The position numbers and the translations under genes were made by a program. From assembly GCA_964016885.1 (NCBI GenBank), contig OZ024741.1:409634001-409698000 (forward strand): a DNA stretch of 64,000 nucleotides. The letters run 5' to 3'. The stretch comes from Eledone cirrhosa. Lineage: Eukaryota. The number at the start of each line of letters is the position of its first letter. Position 1 is the stretch's first letter. Shown one piece after another: positions 1 to 10,790 of the stretch. The notes beneath the pieces were generated by a model. The model saw only the letters and a list, made by a program, of their open reading frames with translations. It made no database searches and was not told the origin of the DNA.

Positions 1-1440
1 TGGGGTGGGCGAGCAAAGATGCAGTCGCTAAGGCTTTGTTCACTTTCTCAAAATCCGCCAGGTGCGTTGCATTTAATGAAATGTTCATATTCTTCTGTCG
101 GCAGTTTTTAAAAATTTCTGTCAACGAGGACAGTAAGCCGGAACAATTAGGCACGAATCGCCTATAAAAATTCACAAGGCCCAAGAATTGCCGTAATTGT
201 CGAAGCGAACTTGGCGGAGGCAAATCCAAAATTGCCTCAACTTTTTCCGGAAGGGGCCGAATACCATCAGCATCAATAAGATGGCCCAAAAATGTTAGCG
301 ATGTCGAGCCGAAAACACACTTAGCAGCATTAACAAGAACATTATATTTCTGTAAACTCCGAAATAAGATATCCAGATGTTTGGAATGTTGTTCAGGAGA
401 AGAACTAGCAATCAGTACATCATCGATATACGTGTAAACAAAATCGAGACCACGAGTTACATCATCCATGAATCGTTGGAAAGTACTTGCAGCATTTCTA
501 AGTCCGAAAGGAATAGTGAGGAACTCGAATGATCCGAAAGGAGTGGCAATAGCAGTCTTTGGGATATCCTCCTTGTTAACCGGAATTTGATTATAAGCGT
601 GGATCAAATCAAGCTTAGAAAAGATTCTGCAACCCTGCAATGACGATGCAAAATCCTGTAAATGCGGGATTGGATAACGGTCAGGCACAGTAATCGCGTT
701 TAAGCGTCGGTAGTCACCCGTCGGTCTCCAATTCCCAGAAGATCTAGGTACCATATGTAGAGGCGATGCCCAAGGACTTGTGGAGCGCCGAATTATTCCT
801 AATTCCAGCATGCGGTCGAATTCAAGACGTGCAGCTTTCAACTTCTCTGCAGATAATCTTCGAGGACGTGAGAAAACAGGTGGACCTGTAGTGGATATAA
901 AATGTTCAATCACATGATCGGGACTAGCAATTCGTAATCTTCCTTGCGTCAGCTGTGGGAATGATTTTAACAAACTGTGATACTGGTTGCCCACTTCAGC
1001 CAAGAAAAAAGCAGGGCTTACTGTGGCGATCTCCGGCTTTGAACCCTTGAACGATAGGCCTGTATTAGCATCAAAAAGTCGTTGTCTGCGGATGTCAATC
1101 GACAAGGAAAAATGGTGGAGGAAATCCGCTCCCAAAATGGCGTATGGCAAGTCGGCAATAGTAAACTTCCACTTCAATTCACGACGCAAATTTTTAAACC
1201 GAAAAGGAAGCGAAATTTGCCCGTACGTTCGAATGGCCGTGTTGTTGATTGCTCGTGAATTGATATTTGGTTCAGATGGGTTTTTTTAAGATAACTGACT
1301 GGCCAAATACTCAGCGACGTGCCAGTGTCGACAACAAAAAATTTTTTTGACTGCAGATCGTACACAAAAAGATGACGGTTTGGTCGACTTTCCCAGAGTT
1401 CACTAGCCGCCCCTAGTGACTCTGATTGGCGTTTTCCGAA
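1..1440 (-). CDS. pol: Gypsy (CsRn1-clade) pol: aspartic protease + reverse transcriptase, runs off the window edge; one frameshift in the T7 run at 1281-1287
   Basis: Protease motif FVVDTG (ORF 1174-1365). A second frame open from ~1285 to base 1 reads ...ILGADFL...[10 protein letters not shown]...GDYRRLN...FSKLDL...[13 protein letters not shown]...YIDDVL (YIDD at ~419-430)...[11 protein letters not shown]. The protease frame is -1 relative to gag, with GGAAAAC at ~1431-1437. Confidence 0.93.
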
Positions 1441-2207
1441 CTCCTATAGTTGCAAGGCGCCCGACAGCGCTGCGCCCGACTGCCAAAGTTAACATGATAC
1501 CAACAAATCGAAGAATTACTGCTGCCTGAAGTGTAGTGTTGGCGATGAATAGAGGACGGCGGCGAACGATACCTCAAACGTTGAGAAAGCTCTCTGTGAT
1601 GTACCGTCAAATCTTCTACCTTTTTGGTGAGAGCTTCAATCAACTCCAACAGTTTGCTGTCGGCCACAGAAGAATTGCGTGGGGGGACGCAAGCTGAAGC
1701 CACATAAGGATTATGCCGATTGCTGTTCGAGTCCACCTCAAGTATTCTATCCGCGGACGCGGCAAGTTGCTCTAACGACTCCCTCTCCAAACTATTAACC
1801 AAAATCCTTTGCGCACTTGGCGGTAGACGTGAGAAAAAGAGCTTCTTTAAGAAGGGGGTGTCAATCCCCTGGGAGTCGCTCAACTCCCGCAACTCCCGCA
1901 AATAGGAGCTCGGCTTCCTGTCACCCATTTGAGCATCGTCCAACAACTCCTGAAAACGGCTCTCTACCGACTTGGTATTTCTCCGAAGAATTTCGTTTTT
2001 TAATGAGCCATAGGTAACGTCGGCGTCTAAATCCGTCACAACGTCCTTCACCGAGAATGCCAAGGAAACAGGTAGGCCATTGATCAGGACCTTCAGCTTA
2101 TGCTGTTGCTTTGTCTTGGTTAATTCAAAGAAACATTCCAGCTGCGCAAACCACAACTTGATGTCGCCTGCGAAGGACGGCAAATGATGTTGACTCATGG
2201 TGCCCAC
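1413..2207 (-). CDS. gag: Gypsy (CsRn1-clade) Gag, 264 aa
   Basis: N-terminal P-x-F...LWFAQLE motif. C-terminal CWYHVNFGSRAQRCRAPC = C-x2-H-x9-C-x3-C (CHCC) knuckle characteristic of the CsRn1 clade. Confidence 0.9.
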   Translation of the reverse strand: MGTMSQHHLPSFAGDIKLWFAQLECFFELTKTKQQHKLKVLINGLPVSLAFSVKDVVTDLDADVTYGSLKNEILRRNTKSVESRFQELLDDAQMGDRKPSSYLRELRELSDSQGIDTPFLKKLFFSRLPPSAQRILVNSLERESLEQLAASADRILEVDSNSNRHNPYVASACVPPRNSSVADSKLLELIEALTKKVEDLTVHHRELSQRLRYRSPPSSIHRQHYTSGSSNSSICWYHVNFGSRAQRCRAPCNYRSSENANQSH

Positions 2208-2542
2208 GTATTTGATGACTTTTTGGTGTTGGTTACGAGTTAGCCAGGTGTTGCTGCTGATGGCTGGTAATTGGTGGTAGCCGTTTTGAAATACTGCTAA
2301 TTTTTTTTCTTTAAAAAAATATTCTAAAGAAAATTTGAATAATAAAAAAAATCATTTTCCATGAAAGTTATGACAGAAATATTGTGCAGGCCGCGTGCTT
2401 CAACAAATAGAATATTATGAATTTTATGGACTTACGCTAAGTGAGTCTAGCTACACGATTCGAACATTCCAAATGTTAAGCCACTCCACATTGCCGTTAA
2501 AACGAATGGCGAATTCAAATAGGCTGCGTTTTCATACTTAAT

Positions 2543-2557
2543 CGTCGAAGGTCACCA
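2543..2557 (-). promoter_or_regulatory. Primer-binding site (tRNA-Trp-like) of the Gypsy element
   Basis: Minus strand reads TGGTGACCTTCGACG, close to the complement of the tRNA-Trp 3' end (TGGTGACCCCGACG). It sits directly downstream of the putative LTR. Confidence 0.75.
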
Positions 2558-2558
2558 A

Positions 2559-3092
2559 TAAAGGGAATTGGTCACAGGGTTATTTACTTTGGTAAACGCC
2601 ACTGCAAGCCAACCACTAATTAAATTCGATACAGATATAATAAGGTTAACAAACTTACTCGTGAGTGAACTGACCGAGAGCCGGTCGCCAAATAATCAGC
2701 ATGGTAAATTAAATGTTATTGAGACACAAGTAACATAATAATGATGTCAACAGCAGAAATTAGAGATGAAATGTATGTTTATTTTTGTTGTAGCACAAAT
2801 AATGTTGGTTAACTTGTATGGTTGAAGTTACACATAAAAATGAGGTTACAAAAGGGAATGTGTCATTGCACCGGAAAGTCGGCAGGTTAAGGTGCAAAAT
2901 CTCACCATCACATGTACGTGTTGCTGGTTCGAAGTCCCAGGTGCGAGAGAGAGATTTTCTTCAAATCTTCGCGGGTAATTTCTCTCTCAGGATACGTAGG
3001 GATACATCCTCTTCTGCTGGCGCTGATTGGCTGAGCTGAGTCAAATCACGCACAGAGAATGCATGTGAGCCCACGGAATGTAGGTCACTACA
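2559..3092 (-). mobile_element. Putative 5' LTR of the Gypsy element (~530 bp)
   Basis: Starts TGTAGTGACC at the edge of a TA microsatellite and ends immediately before the PBS. The 3' LTR is outside the window, so identity cannot be confirmed. Confidence 0.6.
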
Positions 3093-3278
3093 CATATACA
3101 TATATATATATATACACATATATATACACACATATATATATATATATATATATACATATATATACACACATATATATATATATATACATATATATACACA
3201 CATATATATATATATATGCATATATATACACATATATATATATATATATACATATATATACACACATATATATATATA

Positions 3279-3863
3279 TGGTGGCTGCCAACTCGTTTTC
3301 GAGTACGGCCACTACTTTACATCCATGTAGGATAACCCCTACCGAAGCGCTGAACGAGTGTGACTTTTTAGTCCAGCCAGCGACTTGAAACCTCTGGTAC
3401 AAACACTACACCTGTGACAATCATTGACACATAGTGCTAGGCCCATGGTAGGACAATTATTGACACATAGTGCTGGGCCCATGTGAGGACAAGTGCAGAG
3501 AGATCTCCAGATATAAAGCAATGCCTGTGCCGTGAAGCTTTTATAGTGAGCAAAGGCACTGCACAAAGCCAGTCCCACTCTCTTAACCAAGATGCTATTT
3601 ACCAAAAAGAAGAACAAGTCAACATCATTGGATACCATCAGGGTTGCAGGTGTTATATCAGAGTTTTCCTTCTCCTAGAATTCTGCCTTGACTAAGGCTA
3701 AAGGGGTCATCTCTCCCGGTGATTTTGGATGGCCATTGACTCTTAAGAGCTCCTTTGCCCTTTGACAGGTTTTGTTTTTAGTCCTGCAGGATGTCCAAAG
3801 TCACCCTCCTCACCAAGAAACCTTGGTGGGGTTACCAGTTTAGTCGCCAACGACCCGACCATG
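3279..3863 (-). mobile_element. Non-autonomous bipartite RTE/BovB-like element (5' UTR joined to extreme 3' end), copy 1
   Basis: Nearly identical to 55839-56392. It has a structured 5' end, an RTE-5'UTR-like CTAGGAGAAGGAAAACTCTG, a C-terminal C2H2 remnant [19 protein letters not shown] and a 3' stem-loop CTCG-AAAA-CGAG. Both copies sit in TA microsatellites. Confidence 0.65.
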
Positions 3864-3869
3864 AGACAG

Positions 3870-4702
<833 letters not shown>

Positions 4703-6878
4703 TATTGCCATCACTGACGCCGATAAGAAGGTAGCTTGGAAGTGTCACTACGAAAGGCTACTAAATGAGGAGAACAAATGGGAGAAAGACAGTCTCCCCC
4801 ACATCGACCCAATAGAGGGACTAGCAATGTTAGTCGAAGGTAGTATAATAAGTAAGGCAATCAAAGATATGAAGACGGGTTAGGCGGCCGGGCCTTCGGA
4901 AATAGTTGCTGAAATGCTGAAAGCATCTGGTACGGTGGGACACACCATGGTCACCCGGATAGTAAACCAAGTCATACAGAATGGGGTCGCTCCGAAGGAC
5001 TGGCGCAGCAGCATCATTATTAACTGCTACAAGGGTAAAGGTGATGCCCTAGATAGGGGAAACTATAGAGGCATTAAATTAATTGACCAGGTCATGAAGG
5101 TCACAGAAAAAGTAATAGCGCAACTAATCAGAGAGGAATTGATCTAGACGAAATGCAGTTCGGGTTTGTGTCAGGTAAAAGAACCACAGACGCTCTTTTC
5201 ATTGTACGACAACTACAGGAGAAGTACCTAGCTAAAAGTAAACGCCTATATTAGCTTTTGTTGACTTGGAGAAAGCCTTTGACAGAGTCCCCCGCTCGAT
5301 TATCTGGTGGGCCCTTAGAAAACTAGGTGTTGATGAATGGCTTGTGAGAGCTATACAAGCCATGTATAAAGAAACAGTCAACAAGGTTAGAATTAACAAC
5401 GAATATAGTGAAGAGTTTAGCGTAAAAGTTGGTGTTCATCAGGGCTCCGTCCTTAGCCCCCTACTATTTATTATTGCCCTTCAGGCTATAACAGAGGAGT
5501 TCAAGACCGGCTACCCATGGGAACTCCTATATGCAGATGATCTAATGCTCATAGCTGAATCAATGGCTGAACTAGAGAAGAAATTCCAAACATGGAAGCA
5601 TGGCCTAGAATCAAAAGGCCTTAAAGTTAACTTGTCTAAGACTAAAGTTCTAGTTTGTAGGAAGGAAAATAGGGCACCGGTCCCATCTAGGAAATGGCCA
5701 TGCTCAGTGTGTAGGAAAGGAGTAGGTAGAAACTCCATTTTATGTCCCAAATGCAAAGTATGGGTACATAAAAGATGTAGTGGGATCACAGGTAAGCTAA
5801 CTAAGAATATAGATTTTATATATGGCCGGTGCTCTGGTGCAATAAGTAGCAGCAAGTGCCCACAGAATACTAACTCATTCCATTGCACAGATGGTTCTAT
5901 AGAAATAGTGGACAGCTTCCGTTACCTGGGTGATAAAATCAGCAGTGGGGGAGGGTGCTCTGAAGGTACAGTAGCGAGAGTCAGAACAGGATGGAAAAAG
6001 TTTAGAGAGCTTATACCACTATTGGCCGCTAAAGGGTTCTCTCTAAAAATGAAAGGCAGGCTGTATGATGCCTGCATACGAACAGCAATGTTACATGGCA
6101 GTGAGACCTGGGCATTGTGTACAGAGGATATACGCAGACTGGAGAGAAACGAGGCTTGCATGCTCCGCTGGATGTGTAATAGTAATATACGTGAACGGCA
6201 AAGCATAAACGAACTAAGGGAGAAATTAGAAATAAGAGGGATCAGATGTTGTTTACTCGAAAGAAGACTACGTTGGTACGGTCACGTGATGCGCATGAAA
6301 GACGACAGCTGTATAAAAAAGTGCAGGGCAATAAAAATAGACGGTAGCCACGGAATAGGCAGACCTAGAAAAACCTGGGACGAGCTGATAAACTCCGACC
6401 TCACACACTTACACCTCTCCAAGACAATGTCACTGGACCGAGAGCTTTGGCGCTACACAGTAATAGAGAAAACCCGCCTTACCTAAGTGCAAAGTGAAAC
6501 CTACTACAGTCAGTAGGCACCTCTAACAAAATACACCCCCGTCCCACTACCCCCACCCCATCCACACCACCCCTTTCAATGTAAAGTTATGTTGGTACCA
6601 CAACATCCAGCCCGAAACAAATGAAGTCGTGTAGGTGCCACGACAAAAAAAACGCACAGTCCACGCTGTAATGTGGCCATGTAGGTAACACGGTAAAAAC
6701 CTCCCAGTTCCACACTGTAAATGTGGTTGGTGTTAGGAAGGGCATCCAGCCGTAGAAAACCCGCCAGACAGTCCTATGCGAGCAAGACAACCACTCTTGC
6801 CTCAAGTGGGAAAACTCCCGTCCAAACCCATGCAAGCGTGGAATATGGACGTTAAACGATGATGATGATGATGATGAT

Positions 6879-6880
<2 letters not shown>
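4703..6880 (+). mobile_element. 5'-truncated RTE-clade LINE (RT pseudogene with stops/frameshift), (GAT)n tail
   Basis: Fragments GPSEIVAEML, KGKGDALDRGNYRGIKL, DLEKAFDRV, GVHQGSVLSP, LLYADDL, RRLRWYGHV, GRPRKTW. In-frame TAG at 4881 and ~5252. Ends in gatgatgat. Confidence 0.93.
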
Positions 6881-6910
<30 letters not shown>

Positions 6911-7012
6911 GGTATTGAAGTTTCCGTTGAAAACAGAAAAGGTCATAGGAGTGAAGAGTCCTCTATGTAAGTACCAGAGCAAAATTTAATGTATAAAAAA
7001 CAATACAATATA

Positions 7013-7086
7013 ATTACCTCATTACCAGAGGTTTCCCGAATAAAGCGAATACGAAAGAAACGTCTTCATTCGTTCGGACGAGGCAA
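7013..7086 (-). ncRNA. Decayed type I hammerhead-like motif in the 3' region of the Penelope element
   Basis: Minus strand: stem I ttgcctcgt/atgaggtaa, long stem II (cgaatgaag/ctttattcg), GAAA-cc-tct-gg-TA. The CUGANGA box is reduced to CCGAA. Confidence 0.4.
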
Positions 7087-8375
7087 TATAAAACATAGCT
7101 AAATATTTGGAAAGTCTCCTCAAGAAATGCAAAAAAAATTATATAAATATAGATGAAGGTAATACAATAGACATATAAAATATATAAAAAAATTTTTTAA
7201 GAAATATAGTTAGGTGTGTGTATATGTATGTATATACACTCACAGATGTACATATGTATGTATGTACAAATGTGTGTGTATAGTGAAAATGTGTGCGGAA
7301 ATATATATATGAGGGTAAGTATATCTGTGTATATGTAACTACAGACACAGACATGATAAGAGTTGACAGGTATACAGAAAAACAGGGTATTAGATACATT
7401 ATAAGAATATGAAGGCACGCGTATAAACACACACACACGTGCGCGTACACTTATATGCGGAAGAAAAAGAGGTAAGGAAGTGTAATAGTAAAAAGAAAGT
7501 ATCATTCTCGATATATTTATAAAAATGGAACAATAATTTAGAAAGAAAAAAATTGCGAAGTAAAGAAAACAAAACAAACAAGGTACACGCGTACATACAC
7601 ACATATATCTATAAGAAACGTATATCTAAAAAAAAATATATATATATATACACGCAAAATGTGCAGACAAAAGCGTATGCAAGTATACATACACACACAA
7701 GATGCACATATATATATACATACACCTCGCCCCATGTATATCTAATCACGCGTACGTACGCGACTGTATACTCACACACACATACACACACAAATATATA
7801 CATACATATATACATACGCACACTTACACATCCATACATTCAGTACGTACACACATACACACACACACATACATACACTCACGCATATTGACCCGCTTAC
7901 ATGCACACACATAAAAATAAGAATAAGAATGTAAAAAAAGATGTAAAAACACAGATATAAAAACACACATACATACACATATATATATACACGCACGCGC
8001 GCGCACATACGGAGGCGTTCGTGTACATATACAGAAAGTATACACACATAAAGACGCTCAGACACATAGATACAGGGTGTAAAAACAGCCTTGTGAATAA
8101 GTGAGTACAAATATAAAAAATTGGCTACGAAATAACAGAAAATATCTGGAGTGGAAAACGCAAGAGACTTTTGTAATCAGGTAGTGAAGAAAATAGGAAA
8201 GTGAAAATATTAGGTAAGTGAATCGGAGAATAAAGGGGGGGGGGGGTTAGTGGTGGATGTGAAGTAAAAATAAAAATAAAAATAAAAATAAAAATAAAAA
8301 TAAAAATAAAATTAATAATAAGGTTAAAAATGAAAGTAAATCAGAAAAGGTAGTCTTAAAGAGAATAATAAGAGC

Positions 8376-8865
8376 TTATGAAAGTGTGTTAAGTTTATAT
8401 GAGCTGGAAAGCAGGTGTGATTTCATGTGTGGGCAACTGGTGAAAATTTCTGTCTTTGTGTTTAGGCAGGTCTTTGGTGATTTAAGGTTTTGCAAAATCC
8501 AATATTTTTCATTTATGCAGAGCGTGCATTTTCTTGTTCCTCTTGCATATTCTTTAGATTGGTTCAAAATTGACCAATCTAATTTATATTGGATGCCTTG
8601 GTCTTTCAAATCCCAAATTCTGCTAGCCAGAGCTGTTGTAAATCTTTTTTCTGGATGTCGAAAGGATGCGACATGTGAGTAATAACGCGTTTTGAATTTG
8701 TCTTGCGTCATACCCACATATCGTTCACTGGTGGCTGGTTGGTTGTTGCTGATGGTTGTCACTTTAGCCGCATATACAATGGCTTTGGTATTGCATTTAC
8801 CTTGTAATGGGCATTCACTTTTGACTCTACAAGAGCAATTTTGATGTTCTCTAGGTGATTTTTAT
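8376..8865 (-). mobile_element. Penelope-like element GIY-YIG endonuclease C-terminus (5'-truncated)
   Basis: The frame extends upstream of the listed ORF: [27 protein letters not shown]...YVGMTQDKFKTRYYSH...CTLCINEK...LNTKTEIFTSCPH, the typical PLE GIY-YIG/CCHH pattern. Confidence 0.88.
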
Positions 8866-8869
8866 ACAT

Positions 8870-8962
<93 letters not shown>

Positions 8963-9010
8963 GTATATATATATATATGAGAAAAACCACAGACCCTCCA
9001 TCTCAACTCA

Positions 9011-9048
9011 CCTTTTGAAAAGCAGAAGAACTGTGAAACCGGTAAAGG
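9011..9048 (+). ncRNA. Minimal type I hammerhead ribozyme variant with U3-A8 covariation
   Basis: cctt-TTGAAAA-gcag aagaa ctgt-GAAA-ccgg-TA-aagg: stem I 4 bp, stem II 4 bp, palindromic stem III (ACCGGT), GUA cleavage triplet. Confidence 0.65.
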
Positions 9049-9621
9049 AACCAAATAAATATATATATTTTTTTAAAAAATAAGACTCCAGTTGCATTTT
9101 CGATTCCATCTCTTTTTCTTTATATATATGTATATATATATATGTATATAGCAGTTGAGCAGTTGAAGTATAAGGACGTGTTTTTACTTCTCTCCCCGAG
9201 TAAGCAGCAAGTCACACAGCCACAAAACAAAACCACAAAACAAAACCAAACAAACAAAAATTGACCGGTTAATACATTTACATACATCTATATTATTATA
9301 TATTTGAAAATTGACCGGTTAATACATTTACATACATCTATATTATTATATATTTGAAACCACGTGTTTTCGAACTTGTGAGTACATTTTCCTTTAACTA
9401 CAAATTATTATTATATACTTTCGTCTTTTCATTAACTTAATTAATTTCAAATAACCAGAATATACATATATATATATATATACTCATATTTATATATATA
9501 CTCTTCTCACTCACACACAAGAAAAACAAAAAACAAAAATAAATCAAAAATAAATTTAAAAAAAAAAATATATATATATATTGAAATACTTAACTAAAAC
9601 ACACACACACTCAAAACTAGA

Positions 9622-10755
9622 ATGGCTAACCAGCAAAAATCCAAACAGAACTGGTCTGATAATGAAATCGACATTCTAATAAACACATGGCATTGCCTTA
9701 CCCAAACAGAAGACATACATGCTTCATCTCTGAACGACATTGCTAAACGTACAGTTCAATTTTTGAAAACTCAATCTGAACAACAGATTCAAAATAAATT
9801 AAAGCAAATCGAAATTGCTTTTAAATTAATCAATAAACATTTGGATAAACTACGGTGTGTTTTTTCTTCGAATGCTGTCCAGCAACAACAACAACAGCAG
9901 CTACAACGGCAACAACAACAACAGCTACAACAACAACATCAACAACAGCAACAACAACAACAACGACAACAACAGTGTGAACCACTCCTTGATTCATCAA
10001 CAATGGCCGATCTACTAAATGAAACTATTGACCCCCCAGTAGCCTCTGTCTCACAGCATGAAACGCCACATCCTTTCTCTGGCCCAGCAGTCCAATCATC
10101 ACCACTGCCAACATCTCTGCCTACTACTACAACATTTTTGTCTACTGCTATGTCAAGGAATTTACCTTCTAATACCAGAACAAGAACTCTCCCTCCCACA
10201 GTCCACAAAGGTCGTCAAATCCTACCCAAACCATCATCTACACCTCTCACAACACACACACCCACATACCCACCCACTCGAAACCCCATCATTTGCCGCT
10301 ACTCTCTACGCTATAAAATATGTACGGATAGTGGCTGCAAATTCACCCATTTACCTAGGACAAAACGATCTATCCCCACAAACAGCCACCACCATAATAC
10401 ATACTCTAATTTAACACCAACATAACCACCAATAACTCAAACAAGGAATCCACAAATCTGCCGCTTTTCCCTGCGAGACAGATTGTGTTTAGACCGGGAT
10501 TGTCCCTTTACCCATCTCCCGGGGACCCGTCGGACAAATGAAAATAAAATTAAAAATAAAAGCAAAAACAAAAACCATAACCTACATAATAATAACCACT
10601 ACCACAGTCACCAACAGTCTTCTAAACAGGAAACTTCTTCCTCTTTTTTAGCCATAATGAATCTGGCAAAAGAACTGGAAAAAAACATTCGAGCTATCAC
10701 CCAGCACCACCCTCCACTATCACCCCACTGCACAAACTCCCATTGCTGCCATTAA
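9622..10755 (+). CDS. LINE ORF1 (~377 codons, one in-frame TAA at 10423-10425): Myb/SANT-like N-terminus, polyQ, P/T-rich region, two CCCH zinc fingers
   Basis: WSDNEIDILINTW; Q-tract; CRYSLRYKICTDSGCKFTH and CRFSLRDRLCLDRDCPFTH (both C-x8-C-x4-C-x3-H). ORFs 9622-10425 and 10483-10755 share a frame with no other stop between them. Confidence 0.75.
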
Positions 10756-10790
10756 CAAACAAACAAATTAACAACACACCAAAACAATTA

